DNA of 42,171 nt from assembly GCF_004010195.1 (NCBI RefSeq), contig NC_057718.1:61262805-61304975 (forward strand), in the 5' to 3' direction. The position numbers and the translations under genes were made by a program. Origin of the DNA: Chiloscyllium plagiosum (lineage: Eukaryota). Numbering within the stretch: position 1 is the stretch's first letter; each line of letters begins with the position of its first letter. Below are positions 12,884-27,183 of this stretch, piece by piece. Under the pieces are notes generated by a model that saw only the letters and a program-made list of their open reading frames with translations, did not search any database and was not told where the DNA came from.

Positions 12884-13018
12884 CATCAAACTGTATCATG
12901 GTGTTTCAGACACAAAAGTTTGAAAAATGAACAATGTGGCCATGTAATATTATGGATGACCAGTAGAGAAGATTCCAGTCAGATTCCTTAATCGACCAAC
13001 TTATGGACTGTACTGGGC
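12884..13018 (-). pseudogene. Receptor relic: D6a exon (135 nt, phase 1-1, one stop)
   Basis: TAG acceptor and GTAAGT donor. GPVQSISWSIKESDWNLLYWSSIILHGHIVHFSNFCV*NTMIQFD fits the FN3 pattern L.W..I...G.I.HY. Confidence 0.6.
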
Positions 13019-14380
13019 CTAGACAGTATAAAACATAATTTTTTCTGCAGTTTAACAAATCAGCTCCCAGCTTTCTGAGACTGGAGGTATATGGCTTGGT
13101 GAACATTGCATTTGTGGATGAGAACAGGTGAGGCAAAGCTTTCTTGAAGATTATTTCTTTGTTTTAACTTTTCCAATCATCTTTTCCCCACATAAATTAT
13201 CAAGTTGTAGGAGGTTTATGAATTGGTAAGATCCTGCAAATTTTGGAAACTGAGCAGAAGTAAATGAATGCCTCACCACAATGATGTTACTTGGTTTTCT
13301 GACTGCTGAAGATGATCACCGTTTGATTGCCTATTGTATGGGTGGGTCTGCCTTCAGTAATGAGGTTATTTCAAATGGGGCGGGTGCTAACAGCAAAGTT
13401 AATAACACTACATAGTAATGCCCAACACATCATTGTGGAAAGTAAGAAACAGAATGAGAGCAAGTATATTTAAGGGATACAACTACAGCTGTTGGAATAA
13501 GAGCAGTAGCAAAGGTCTCAGATTGGTGTCTCTCAGCTCGACTGCTGGAATGTGCTTCTTTGTGAATTATCAGGTTTGCTGTTGCCATGTTCTCTATTTA
13601 ATTTCTTTGTTCACATAAAATCCTGAGCTATTTCAATCCTCACAATCATTGCAACTAGCCACTTTTCCTGTCACTGAGTAAGACCTCAGTTCTGGTGGTG
13701 TCACCCAGTTCACCTTGGTCAAACCTGAGCAAGCTCTCTGTTCCTTCTGAGGACCTTGAAGAATGATAATTGCTAAGTCCCATCTCCCAACTCCACAACG
13801 TCTCACACCTTTGGGGTGAGTAGAGGATCAGCCCTGATAACACTACTCAAGGATGCCCACATTAGACCTTGAAGAGATAAAGTCAATACCAGCCTGAGTT
13901 GTGGCCCTCCTGGCACAGTCCAGGAGCACATGGGAAGAACAGTCAATATTTAATGCTTGAAACTACAATTGTACAGGTGCTTTTCTCCAACTGAAATCCC
14001 TGATCTACTGCCTTCTCATTCCCTGTGCTTTTTCTCACCATTATTTAATTCCCTTTTAAGAGCTTATTGAATGAATTTCAAGAACGGTTTGTGGTGCAGA
14101 ATTTTACACTCTGATCACCTTCTTTGCAAAGAAATTTTTTTCTCTCTCTAACATATCCATTAATTCATTTCACATTCCTGTGACTTTGGATATTTTCTGT
14201 AGAACTCTCAGGTAAAATTGCCAGGATGAATTTCAAATCTCTCACTGTAACTTTGAAAGAATATCAGCAAAGGTTGCCATTTATGCTATTTCTCCTGAGC
14301 TGCTGCTGATTTTCTGCCAATATTACAGCAGGAGATCAGAAGAATGTCTGCAAGAATTCCAGCCAAGTCTTATTGAGCAC

Positions 14381-14497
14381 CTTATAACACTTCTGTTGTG
14401 AATCTGCCTAAATAATGATTGGTCCTTCATTCTGAGTACAAATAGAAATGTTTTTCTAATATTAATGTTGTAGCTTTGGTTGTTTTGAATTTTATTG
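14381..14497 (-). pseudogene. Receptor relic: D5b exon
   Basis: TCTTTTACACAG acceptor, KIQNNQSYNINI(fs)..NEGPIII*ADSQQK. Compare CSF3R NIRPFQLYEIIV...MGPSQHVYAYSQEM. Confidence 0.5.
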
Positions 14498-15099
14498 CTG
14501 TGTAAAAGAATTCCTTCTGACTTCATATTTTATAAATCAAACCACTTTCCTTCTCCAAACATCTATAGAAAAAAGAAAGTTCATGTTTAAGGTCAACAAT
14601 CTTTACGTTGGATATTTTTAGGCCCAGGATCAATGCAGTGAGTAAGTTACCTGGGCTATGTAGACATTTGAATGCTCCTGTTTTCAACCTGAAAAAGGCT
14701 ACAATGCATTCCAGTTTCTACAGCATATCCCTTGTGTTAAAATGATTAAAGATACAAATTGCAATATTAATCAAAGTCCTGCTGAATATTTATGGAACAG
14801 TGACCTTTAATTTTTTTTCCTGAAACTTCTTGTCTCTCCCAAACAGATGTCCCCTCCACAGTCAACACCCCGCAGAGGAATTTAGAATGTGCAACTTGTA
14901 ATTGATCAAGTAAAGAGAAAAACATGATCCCTGAATTGCCAAGCAATGATGTCAGGATTTAATAGCTGTGTTGTTTTCAGAGATCAGCAGACATGACAGT
15001 TTAATAATGTGACTGTATAATTCATTGTATACAAATTTGGGCATAAGCCTCTTTGTTTCTATCAGATAACATATACAACTTTTTGATTGCCACAGTATG

Positions 15100-15980
15100 T
15101 ACTGCATGAGATGTTTACATCCTCCCTCAGACTGTCTTTTAAACTCTAAAAGTTAAACTCATTTCCACAAATGATTTTTGGAGGCGCTTCTATTTCTGAA
15201 TATTCATGTCTGCTTCAACAAAAATAACCTTCAGCTTTTGCTTCATAATGGTTCATATACTTTTATGTTGCTTTGGATGTTTTTTTAATTCAGTTTACCT
15301 CAGTTTGGATGTCCTTTTGTTTTTCATCATTTCTGAACTGAGGAAACTAACAATTTGATAATTATTTCTCTCCACCAAACTGGTATGTTTCCCTTGTCCC
15401 ATCCTGTCAGCTGGATATCCTGATATTATTATTTATCATGAAGTTTGCCTAGTTCCTACCCACAATATATCACTTCTCAGATGCCCTTCTCTCCTGTTGA
15501 TGTTTCAACCTTGAATTATCTTTGATGAAGCCCAAAGCTAACATCTCTTGGCAATTCCCTGCTGCAGTCATTGCAGCAACAATTGTTGCCTGATTACAAC
15601 CCTATCATTTCAACTTCCATGTCCTCCTCCTCTCGCATACATTTGAGGCTAATGTCAACCAACCTTCTTCCAATCCCCAGCATCCCACTTGCCACCATTT
15701 TGTTAGACTCTGCCTGTGGATCAGCAGTCACTGCTCCCCGCTGCATCTTCCTCTATGTTAGGCTTATCCCCATTTTACTTTGGTTTTGGTAGGGCAGATT
15801 TCAACATGGAACCCAATGCTTCCTTTCATGTTATCCTGAAGATGTCTGACAACTGTGTTAAACCTTTGAGGTCAACCAAACTTTGAGAGAATTTTCCATT
15901 CATCCTCTTAGTTCACGTAACAAAAGACTTTGCAGGATCAATAGATGGCATGCATAAATCATGATTTGCCCTTAATATTT
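15100..15980 (-). mobile_element. Degenerate RTE-type LINE reverse transcriptase fragment
   Basis: Minus strand gives IDPAKSF..VN, IL.KFG.P..F.T.VR.L.DNMKGSI and later PPKII.G.. pieces, resembling RTE RT. Heavily decayed. Confidence 0.5.
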
Positions 15981-16509
15981 TTGGTGTAGCTGCCAAACTG
16001 CAAATAGCATATCCTGAGTACCTCTACCAACTCTGATACCACTCTGGCCCCTTTGGCAGAGGCCGTAGGAGCAGGCTGTCTCTCATTTATTTATTTAAAG
16101 AGAAATTCAAAAGACCTTCATATCAAAGTGTGAACTAATCAAGTTAGTCAAACGTTGTGCCTCCAACTTCATTTCACTCAAAGGTAGATTGTCAAGGACA
16201 TTCTTCTGAGGGAGAAGGTGTTGGGAAAACCAAGTTAGTGCCACCAGTCATCCTGTGTCTACCTATTTTTTTCTTCACGGTTCTTAAAATAAACTCTAAA
16301 CTGGCAACTGTTCAAGTTCGAATTGTGTCAGTGATTTTCTGAAACTAGCTGGATAATAAATCTACTCAGCAGCCTTCCGAAAAGTCCTAGAGTGTTTCCC
16401 TTGCTGTGTACAATAATTAGCATTAAATAAGCATTCATGGAAACATAATGATTAGCTTTTTTCACAATTCACATTTTTGTTCACAGCCAATTCTGCTATT
16501 TAAGAACAC

Positions 16510-16681
16510 AAGGATAAGCTTAAGTGCTTTTGAACCAATATTAACCCTTCTACTTGCTGTTCATTTCAAACATCTTCAAATGTTGCTTTGGTGATAAATC
16601 AGTGAAAAGTTTGGCTAAAATTCCAAGCAAATGCTATCCACAAACTATTTATGATTGTAGCAATTTATTGGGTGAACGAAA
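16510..16681 (-). pseudogene. Receptor relic: D5a exon
   Basis: TAG acceptor, phase 1, ..IATIINSLWIAFAW. Compare CSF3R HAMARDPHSLWVGW. Confidence 0.4.
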
Positions 16682-17524
16682 CTATCAGTGGGAATGGAAA
16701 AATGTACCATGTGATCATATTATGGCGTCATTATTGATATGTGCAAAATTTATTAGTAAATTACTAAGTGAAGCAGTTGAGGGCAGTTGGAGGCAGTCGG
16801 ATGAATGGAGTAACTCTATTGGTAATACTCAGCATGGCTTGACTTGACTTGCAGCTTGGCAAAATTCATCTCTTATGATCAAAACTTCCTGAGTTCTGCT
16901 CTGCAGACACTGCACTTGTTAGAATGTTTAAATGGTACCAGCATGGCATTCCCACAAGATTATTGGATTGGCACCATGCCAAATCACTGAATGAGGGGAA
17001 GGCTTACACAAAATCAGCAAAAAGCTTTATTTTTATGTTGTCTCTTTGAAGCATGTGGACCTTTTGAGATACTAATCAATTCCTAAAGGAGATGGAGTCT
17101 TTGTCAGGCCTGCAGTCTCACTTCTTGAGATGGCGAACATTCAGCAGAGGCCTTCACAAGAAGGTAGCTCAACCCTAGTTCCTCCAAGGAATTTAATGGA
17201 TTGGTCAGAAATGTTAGCATCACCAGAGATAACCACATCTCATGAATAATGAATACAATTAATGGGAGACATTTGTCAATAACGAAGAGGCCTGCAGCAA
17301 ATTAGAACAATTACAAGAGAAACATAATTTTCAGAACAGGCTAAGAGTAGGACTCCTTTAAAATGGGCACTTCTTTAAGAGGTGTCCTGGTAGCAATCTT
17401 TGGGGGTTGGTTAGTGCAGTTAGCTAGATAAGCAGAGTGTGATGCAGAATCAAGCCAACAGAGCCAATATGACCCCTGCATTGGATATGATAGGGAAAGG
17501 AAGCCTGCCTCCTCACGTTACTTC

Positions 17525-18217
17525 AGACATGAGGAGTAGAAGGATCTTGGGGTCCACGTCCACAGTCCCTCAAAGTTGCCACCCATGTTGATTGGGTTGT
17601 TAAGAAGGCATATGGTGTGTTGGCTTTCATTAGCAGGTGGGAGTGAGGTAATGCTGCAGTTCTATAAAGCTCTGGTTAGACCACACTTGGAATGTTGTGT
17701 TCAGTTCTTGTCACCTCATTATAGAAAGGATGTGGAAGCTTTAGAGAGGGTGCAGAGGAGATTTACCAGGATGCTGCCTGGACTGAAGGGCATGTCTTAT
17801 GAAGAAAGGTTGAGGGAGCTTGGACTTTTCTCACTGGGGTGATGAAGGGTGAGATCGAACTCGATAGAGGTGTACAAGATGGTGAGAGGCATAGATAGAG
17901 TCAACAGTCAGAGACTTTTTCCCAGTGCAGAAATGGCTATCACAAGGGGGCATAATTTTAAGGTAATTGGAGGAAGGTTTAGAGAGATGTCAGAGGTAGA
18001 TTCTTTGCACAGAGAGTGGTGGGTGCTTGGAATGCAGTTCTAGGAGAGGTAGTTGAGTCAGATACATTAGGGACATTTAAGTGATTCTTGGATAGGCACA
18101 AGGATGATAGTAAAATTAAGGATACGTAGGTTGGTTTGACCTTAGAGTAGGATAAAAGGTCGGCACAACATCGAGGGCTGAAGGGCCTGTACTTTCCTGT
18201 ATTATTCTATGTTCTAT
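17525..18217 (+). mobile_element. CR1-type LINE 3' part (ORF2 C-terminus and 3' UTR)
   Basis: KALVRPHLECCVQFLSPHYRKDVEALERVQRRFTRMLPGL, IEVYKMVRGIDRV..LFP, TRGHNFK, then a (TTCTATG)n tail. Confidence 0.93.
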
Positions 18218-18739
18218 GTGAAGTAGTTATCCTCAAGCTAAACATAACCTATTAGATCTCTCGATGATGGAGAGAAATATTTATGATCTATGTAGGCTCT
18301 GATTCCTTGCATGCAATTGAGGTTTACAGAAGTGAATTCTGAAGAATAATCATTAGACCTGAAATGTTAACTCTGATTTCCAGTGTTTGCAGTTCTTTTC
18401 AGTTTTTTTTATGTATGGTATTTTTGAGAGAATCTTATATTTAGTTTGGACAAGTACAAGATTTGTTGGGTTTATTGAAGAGATTCTCGCCCAGAAGTCC
18501 AGCAAGATTTCTTGCCTTATCTTACTTACTCAGTCCCTATGATATCCTTCACATCCAATTCTTTCTCCATGTTACATGCTGTTCCCAGAACAACACACAA
18601 GTCACTAGATATCCACTGGTGTGTGGCATCCCTTGACCCATATTTAAAAGGCCGTTGTGCACTGATGAACAATGACATTGAGAAACAGCTCAGCTCAGTC
18701 AAGTACAGAGTCAGAAGGTGTAAGAGTAGGGAATGATGG

Positions 18740-19310
18740 CATGTTATTCTCTGACAGGGACCAGTCCTGGTCAATGGGATAGTGCAAACAAAATAAGTCC
18801 TCTTCCTGGAGCTCCAGCAACAGAGGCAATACCACTAGGCCCTGGCAGCTTGGACTGATCACGTCACCAGGATCAGTGTCATCTCACAGGTGTGAAAGCA
18901 TAGCCAGCAGTGACATAAGAAGATCCAGGTAAGTGCCCACTCTTCTCTCTGCTACATCACACTCAGTTGTCTCCGATGTTGCAGCAAACTTCCACCAGGC
19001 TCTTCCATTCTCACTATTGTCTGTAGGATCTTCCTTCACTCCCACTGCTGCACCCACAAACTCCCACATCATTAACCTTGCATCACCTCAATGATACCTC
19101 CTCCCTCCCTCAGAACACCTCATCTCCTTTTCATGACTTGTACCAGCACTAACAGCCATGCCACCTATTTGACCTCACTTGATTTCTCTCTTTCTTTAAT
19201 AACAGGAGAAGAAATCGCACAAAATAGGCCACCAGTGGGTGGAGGGATAACCAACATTAGAGCCCTCACCCTCTATGAGGAGATAATCCTGGCACTAGCA
19301 TAAGTAGATC
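18740..19310 (+). mobile_element. Harbinger-associated Myb/SANT gene relic, two exons
   Basis: VLVNGIVQ..VLF...AAWTDHVTRISV..Q*HKK followed by GTAAGT at 18929. Acceptor at 19205, then EKKSH..GGGITNIRALTLYEEIILALA. Confidence 0.7.
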
Positions 19311-20269
19311 GGGAAAGCTCCTGTGGGAATGCCATGTCCTGCCAAATAATTTAGTCGCACCCTTCATCCTACTCCAACTCCCATCGTAACTCTGTAGTCA
19401 GTGTCATTTATTGCACACCCTTCTGAACACTGGCCACATGTCATTTCTCTGCCTGTCTTGCAGGTCCTACTGGGATGTCCACCACCTCCCCGGAAAAATG
19501 GCCGGCTCCCCTCAGAAGCCACCTCCTTGACCTTTGAAGCCAAGAGTACTAAGGTCTCAAACAAAGTATCAGCAATGTTGTCCCCATAGGCTCAAGTATT
19601 GATAACCCAATGGGAATTTTAGCCTTAGAAAGTTTGGGAGAACATGTTGGCGAGCACCTCATTGTGACTGCTATAAGGAAGAAATGTCCCAGATCGCTAA
19701 CACTTAGAGGTCTGTTGGAAACCAGGTACCTTCTCAGGCTCAGACAGGACAGGACTGTAAGATGTCTGCAATCAGGGACTTCATCTACTGGCACAGGATG
19801 GAACAGCAGCAGCAGACAGTGATGTGGGAGAGAATGACCAGAAGGTGCAGCAGTACAGTGAGTCATGTGACTGTCTGGCTGCATCCTTGGACAGGTTAGT
19901 GGTTGCCATGGAGGTACAGGCCCAGCTCCTTCAGGGGCTGCTGAAGTGGCACAGATATCTGGATTTGACATGGAGGTGGACCTCTGCGGGCTTCTCATCT
20001 GATTCTGCCAGACATCTTGCCATAGCCAAATGGGGTAGATGGTAAAAGAACAAAAGAGAGGATATGTGAGCGAGATGAAGTGACATGAGTTTTCATAGCA
20101 TCAAACAAAAGAGCTCACTGAAAGGACAATTAAATGTACAAATGATTCATCCTGAGGAGGTGTGAATGGGAAGATCTCAAATTGGTTGCCTCAGAGACTG
20201 TCTGGGGGGGAAGGTGAGGACAAGGGGAGCATAGTCTGACAATCAATATTCAGTATAAGACACTGACAC

Positions 20270-21246
20270 CTACAGTCCCCACTGTAACAACATTTCTTTA
20301 CTGCTGCTTCTTGTACAGATTCAATTTTCCTAGTTGTTTAGTCACTACCACCTCTCTTTAGACAATGCAAACTTCCATTCTAGAACTTCCAAATATTCAC
20401 CCTTCACTTCAACTGAGAATCCCACCACAGTGCTTAGCACGGCCTTTCACAATGTCCATTCTATTTCATGTGCTCCTAAACTCTCATCCATGTCCCTCCC
20501 TCCCAGAATCACATTAGGATTTTCCTTCCACTTTCAATCCCACCATCCTCCATATTTCATAGATCATTCTCTACCATTTGGAACACCTCCAGAATGATTC
20601 TACCACCGAAAATATTATCCCCCCCTCAAGGCTCCCTCTCTCCTTCACACCGTGACTACGCCTCCATTTTTGCCAACGCCACCTGCTTTTTCAACGGCAC
20701 CTTTCCAAACAAGCTTAGATGTTGCAAGACCTGTTCTTTCACCTCCCTTATCCCCATTGTGCAACACCCCAGATGCTCCTTCCAATTGAAACAGTCACGT
20801 AATTATGCTTCTTTCAGTTTAATAAACGGTGACATGGCCTTCCCTACTCCAAGGAGACTAAGCTCACATTGGATGGATATTTTACAGAACACATCAGTTT
20901 AATCACAGGCATGAACTTGTGCCTCCTGTTTCTCATCACTTTAATTCCCCATTTTGCTCCCACTTTGATCATTCACACCTGTGTTCAGATTAAGCTTAAC
21001 ACTAGCACTAAGAACTACTCCTTAGCTTTTGCCTCAGCACTTCCTACCCTTCTGCACTCAATATTGAGTTCAACAATTTCAGTTCATAACTATGGCTGCG
21101 ATATTATTTAATTCTTGATGAAGGGCTCCTGCCCGAAATGTCAATTTTCCCGCTCCTCAGATGCTGCCTGACCTGCTGTGCATTTCCAGCACCACTCTAA
21201 TCTTGACTCTAATCTCCAGTATCTGCAGTCCTCACTTTCGCTTACT
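20270..21246 (+). mobile_element. Penelope-like element, 3' part (GIY-YIG region plus terminal repeat)
   Basis: GTFPNKLRCCKTCSFTS...SFQLKQ, ETKLTLDGYFTEH. Ends in the same terminal sequence as 8635-8760, with a degenerate hammerhead core at about 21116-21142. Confidence 0.8.
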
Positions 21247-23330
21247 AAAGTTTTGCCAACTGCAAGTGGCGTTCAGAGAAGTGGGTGAATGGTCACTTCA
21301 GCTGATCCATGGTGCTATGGATTTTTCACCTTTTCATGACTGGAAAATCAAAAGTACAATGGGGTAAGATTTCAACTCATTCGAAACCTATCCGCTTGCA
21401 GAGAGTTACAGTTAGACCTCATGACTCAGATAAACTGACCTTCACACCAAATTTTCCAAACTCCATGCCTAACAAATGAGGCTTTAGAGAACCCCATCTG
21501 ACAACATTTGCCCTTTGCTCCTCAGAAAGAAAGAATTTACACACTAACCACAAACAACGCCCATAATGATTGACAGTAAATTCAGTCACTATTCAGCATT
21601 ATGGTGAGTGCGAGTGTATCTCTAGAGCTTCCCATTGCTAAAAGTGGTCTTCATTTTACTTGTACATGGCTCTACTAGCTAAAGTTCCCATTCCCAGTGA
21701 GCTGGATTAAGTTATAACATTCATGTCCATGAACTAGCTTTTAATTTTGCTGTATATGCCTTGTGGTGCAGTAGTGCCTAAAACAGTTCTCTAATCTACA
21801 ACTGCTTTCTAATTTCTGAATATTCCTTTCTATTTCCATTTTTGTTACTCTTTCTCAAACCCTGAAAAGGCCTCATGTTGAAAAATTGCCACCGTAGACA
21901 ATGGTGATCTCAGAAGAGAGCTGACTCCAACTCAGTCTGTCAGTGATGTCTGACCTCTTTGTCCTTAACTGTTGGAATAGGTAATGATGACTTGTTAAAA
22001 CAGGGTGGTGCAATTTTGTTTTGGAGTACAGTCTCCATGAACAGGAATCTCCATCTGCCTCATGAAATTAACAAAAGCCCCAGTCCTCGGTTGTATTTCA
22101 CTTAAAATGTAATTGGCAAGCTGCGAGTACTAATTACACACCTCATAGGTGCCAGCCACTCCAAAAATCTCCAGCCAAAGAAAGGGCATATCAGTTCTCT
22201 CAGCTGCCTTTGCTGCACCATGTTTGCTCAAATGTGATTCTTAAACTAGTAGGATTGCATTATTCCATCCTGTATGGTTGAGCTGAATTGGCGCATCTAT
22301 GATACCATAGGCAAACGCATCATTGATGCATGGACTTTATATATTGCACTTCAGAAAGCTTTGTGTTTGTAGCAATGCTTGTGCATAAAATAGCCAGCCT
22401 TGCACTCAACATCATTGTCATTCGTTTCATCTGTATCATTCACTGAATATAATAGTTAACCACATAGACTGTCCCTGTTGTGGTAGAAACCACTACTTTT
22501 TCAAGAAAGGGAGATAATGCTGATCTTATAAATTGGATTAACCCAACAATTAGAGGAGAAGATGTCTATTTCGGAATTCAAAGTCGATAAAGACAATTCT
22601 CTGAGGTGGAATTCCCTGACTGTGTAAGCACGTGGTGGCAGTTTTGCCAGGCAGGATGCTCCTACAATACGAACAAAAATGAGCAGCTTTTCAAAACAGG
22701 CTGTACTTTATTGTTCAAATGGATAGCAGTACCTATTTATTGCCATATTAATCGCTTTAAATCCAGCGACTAATTTTAACACCAACATGTAGCAACTGAA
22801 CCAAGAAGTTGAATGGTACTACTCAAACCATCCATCAATGTTGAAACAACAGTTTTCTGGGTAGAATATAATTAGAGCATTATAAACCATTACAGCCTTA
22901 GTGCAAAGTGTAAGAGATTAAATATTAATGGATAGACTATCCATAAAGGTGAAGCTCTTTCATTTTGACTCCTCCTTTTCGTTAATTGTGCTTTTACAAC
23001 ATAAGATTGCTTTGATGATGCATGTGGTCGACATGTTTCATCTGCCATCCAAACATGATTTCAAATGAAACATTTCAAGTGAAACCCTATCAGATGTAGA
23101 TTCCACTCAAATCCTTCCTCACATTCCCATTTTGCAACAGCGAATCTGGGTGCTCCCTTCTCTTTGCAAGTAATTTTGGTTCATTTATTAAATGAACCAG
23201 CAGGTGGGTAATGATTCAAATCTGTGAATTCTTATTTTTCTAAAGCATTACTAAGAAGTCAGTGTGCTTCTTAAATTCAGGTTAAAACGTCTTTAAAAAG
23301 AGCAGACAATTTGTACAGTGTTGTAACATC

Positions 23331-23502
23331 CCAAAAAAAGGCACAGTACTGCCGATGCTGAAAATCCGAAATAAAAACAGAGATTACTGGAGGAACTCAG
23401 CAGGTCTAGCAGCGTCTACAGAGAGAGAAACAGCGTTAATATTTGAGTCTAAGGTGATGCTTCTTCAGAACTGAGTTTCTTCATCATTCTCTGTACTGAC
23501 AC
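23331..23502 (-). mobile_element. Short Penelope-derived element of a second family
   Basis: GATGCTG...CTCAGCAGGTCT...TTCTTCAGAA terminal layout with a short inverted tail. TSD TGTAACATC at 23322-23330 and 23503-23511. Related fragment at about 18337-18400 (+). Confidence 0.6.
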
Positions 23503-24044
23503 TGTAACATCGACATGCTTACTGTCAAATGCACAAATTGCAATTGTCTTTGCTATATTTTCTATGCAATAGATTGAATGTTTCATGCAGTTATGGATGA
23601 ACCCTAATTATTGTGTAATTTAAATGATCTTTTAAGAATGTAAAGGATTGGAATTGGAGATTCAGAGTTAAAATGGTTTAACCTCAATATTAATCCCCAC
23701 AAGGCAGGCAGAAGATTAAAAAATTTAAAATGGGCGATGTAACCCCAAACTACAGTACATCTTTCTGTTACAGACTTTTCGGGTTTATAGGAGACCGAAT
23801 ATCACATGACAGATTGGCAGGGTACTTCCCAAGATTATTTTAGTCAGTTTTCAAAGTGCAATTAGGAGCTTAAATTAAATTACACCTCTTTGGGGTCATG
23901 TGCTGGAAAGCCTCACTGTTTCTCAGGCATACCAGATATCAAAAATCTTTTTTTAAAACTACAGACAGTGCTCCAATTTATCTGACTTTCAGACCAAGGT
24001 TGCTAGGAAGCATGAACCAGATTTCTGAATTAAACAAGAAGTAT

Positions 24045-24813
24045 TGTTTACAACAAGTAATTAGACTTAAGCTCCAAGTAAACAGATATAAGCCATTGAT
24101 CTATAACATTACTATCTAAAAGTCCAATCCCCTCATTAACACACATACACACACACACCGACAAATGGGGAGAATAGATCATTGTCAGATGTAGAAAAAC
24201 TGGAAAACCAGTTTGGTGGACTGTGGTTTCCAATTCCAAGTTTTAGATGACCCTTCTTTGGCTGATCAGACCTCTTGTTGTTCATATGTCTTTCTCTCTC
24301 TGCTTCCACTTGTTTGCTTCACTTGGAAAATAGCTCAGATTTATTAATTCAGTTTGCAGCCATTGCTGCAGGAAGATTTACGTCAGATTTAAACTGAGCT
24401 TTTGACTGCAGAAAATAGGCAGTTTCTGGGCTTGGAGAAGATCTCCACACTGCCTTTTTCTCCCTCTGTTTCTGCCAGTTGTTTCCAGTTCCAAGATCCT
24501 CAGTCATGGACAGCCAATCACTCAATTGTTGGCAAGCGACAAGTCTCTGTCCTTGATATTGTCACTAGTCCACAGATCAATCAACTTCTTGCTGCCAACA
24601 AGAGCTGCATTGGTATATACTCTCAACTCCAGATCACTTCCGATCTGAACTTCAATTCCTGTTTGTACAAACAGTTGTTTCCAGTGCGAACCAAGGGTAT
24701 GACATTGCTTTCAAAACTGCAGCCATTCTTTTGAATACTGGCTTTTAAAACAGCTGTTTCTCATTTCAGTTCACTTTTTTTTGAAAACAAAATAAAATCA
24801 CATGGTCCTTACA
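24045..24813. mobile_element. Possible solo LTR
   Basis: About 770 bp non-coding block bounded by TGT...ACA that appears to interrupt another repeat. No convincing TSD. Confidence 0.3.
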
Positions 24814-25962
24814 CAATAAAAGAATGCAGCTCAATTAAGTGCATGTATTTAACAACTTTCTTTGTTTGGCCAGGAGTGGTTCTGTAGCACCTCAAAGGAA
24901 CCTTGAGTCTTTGCTCTGTTGCTTGGCCCCCCTTCCCTCTATCCGCTGAGAATTTCCCACCAACTTCGATTTGCCATTAGCTTTCCTCCTGATCACTGAA
25001 GACCACCCGAAAGAGTGGCTGCTTATGGTCTCCTATCATTAATTGATCCTGTCACTGTAGCCCTTTGCTTGGTGTGTGATAGAACAGAAAGACATTGGCA
25101 GAAGATAAAACATCCCAGACTTGCTTAGTTTTCCTCAATCCACCCCACTCTTGCATTGACTCCCCAATTCCTTGTGAATAAAATGGACTATGATCCCATA
25201 AAAAACATGAGGATTGATCTGGAGGTTAGGACTGAGAGCTGATACATATTTTAATCTCTTTCACATCCCAAATCAACAGTGTTTCATTAATTCACATCAT
25301 CTTTATATTCCTTTATGAGATGGTCAGTTTGAATATATTGGCCTCCTCCATGGTGAATATGTGGACTTATGTGAAAATGTTATTTTCAAAAACTAAAATA
25401 TCCTTAGCGCAGGCCTGTTTTATTCTTGCTTTACATCCAACCATGCTTTTGAGACAAGGCTCAAAGCTAGAGTATCTTCCAACAACCCATTTGCCATAAA
25501 GACTGGAACCACAAAGAATGTATCACCTTGAAAAAAAACATGCTCATGCTTAATCAAAGAAATATTAAACCTTAGGATTCAGACAGCATGTACAGATTTC
25601 CCTTTATATGGCAATACTTTACTTGAAATGTTAAGTATCATTAAGTACATGAAGAATTATCCTTATCACAGTCTAAAATTATCTTTTACCAGTTTGAAAC
25701 TGTATCTCCGTGTCCTGTTATCACACTGTTTAATTTTGAATATTATTCTGGATTAAATTTGTATCCATCATTTTATCAGTTTATGGCAGTAAAGTAAAGC
25801 TGCACAATATCGTTGGTGTCGATGTTGGGACTGAAGATTCCTGACTATCTCTGTACTATTGTTAGCACAGATGTGTTGTGCAAAGACTTAAAACGACCAG
25901 AGCAGCTGGATGAGAATGACAAACAATCACTGAAGCAACAATTCACCACCTTCACACAGATG

Positions 25963-26279
25963 CATAGAATCCCTCCAGTGTGAAATTAGGCCATTTGGAC
26001 CATTGAGTTAACACCAGCTCTCCGAAGACCTTACCACCCAGACCCACTCCCTATCTTATCCCTGTAACCCTGCGTTTCCCATGGCTAATCCACCTAGCCT
26101 ACACATCCTGGATGTTATGTGCAATTTCGCATGGCCAATCCACCTAATCTACACATCTTTGGACTGTGGCAGGAACCTGGAGCACCCAGAGGAAACACAC
26201 ACAGACACAGGGAAAATGTGCCAACTCTACACAAACAGTCGCCTGAGGCTGGATTCGAATCTGGGTCCCTGGCACTGGC
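25963..26279 (-). mobile_element. tRNA-derived SINE (HE1-like), head truncated
   Basis: Reverse complement of the 3439/11885 family. Confidence 0.87.
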
Positions 26280-26978
26280 ACTACACAGGTCTATTTACCA
26301 GCATCTCAATTATATGTAAGGTAAGATATGTAAGATACCTTCCCCACTCACATATCTTGTAGGAGCCTGAGAGATGTGGTCTGTTTTGTGGACAACTTAT
26401 GAGCAGTCTGGGGAGGCCCATCTCAATGTCAGCAGCATCTTGATACATCTTTTATGCTTCTCATGACTAGTGAGATGAGTTTCTAACTGAGTATATGACA
26501 AGTTGTCAATAAGGGGGATTAATGTTAGCTAAATGCCTTGTTAATGGCCTGTAATAATATTCAGCTTCAAACATTACTGAATATGCCAAACAAGTTCAAT
26601 ATTGAGAAAACTCACACAGAAATCGAAGCGGGTACTTAGAATTCAGCTCACCGCTTGCTTCAAAGTGCCTCCATGTAAGACACTAGGCACTATCTTCTCA
26701 GGACACAATCCATGGGCACCCCAAGTCCTGAGATGTACCAGACTCTACAAAACCTCATGCCATACCACAGACCTATGTACAGAACATTTCTGCACTTCAA
26801 TGCTGCACTTGGACTGCTTTGTAACGTTGCAGCAAGGACACCCAGCTCATGTTTAGGGAATGGATGCATTGCAATGTTCTTCAATCACTGATCATTCCAC
26901 TCACTAATTTTGAGCCTACCATGATGCTTACACTCTCATTTTCTTGCATTATCTTGCCTTGATTTTATGTGCTTTGTT

Positions 26979-27183
26979 AAGAAAGTGAGGTCTGCAGATG
27001 CTGGAGATCAGAGCTGAAAATGTGTTGCTGGAACAGCGCAGCAGGTCAGGCAGCATCCAGGGAACAGGAGAATCGACGTTTCGGGCATAAGCCTGAAGAA
27101 GGGCTTATGCCCGAAACGTCGATTCTCCTGTTCCCTGGATGCTGCCTGACCTGCTGCGCTGTTCCAGCAACACATTTTCAGCT
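26979..27183. mobile_element. Penelope-derived fold-back insertion with perfect 82-bp inverted repeat
   Basis: Arms 27012-27093 and 27102-27183 are exact reverse complements. TSD TTTATGTGCTTTGTT at 26964-26978 and 27183-27197. Hammerhead core at 27093-27120. Confidence 0.9.

Noticed and set aside
14500..14563. Strong acceptor followed by VWRRK, resembling a D4a 'DVW' motif
   Set aside because: Out of order relative to the other relics and followed immediately by a stop.
16554..16847. Plus-strand ORF with a C-type-lectin-like tail (DCSNLLGERNYQWEWKNVPCDHIMASLLIC)
   Set aside because: Spacing deviates from the lectin signature and there are no supporting exons or splice sites. The opposite strand fits the receptor D5a relic in the expected position.
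21525..21608. Plus-strand AG...GTGAGT exon-like segment
   Set aside because: Stops in all three frames and no other support.
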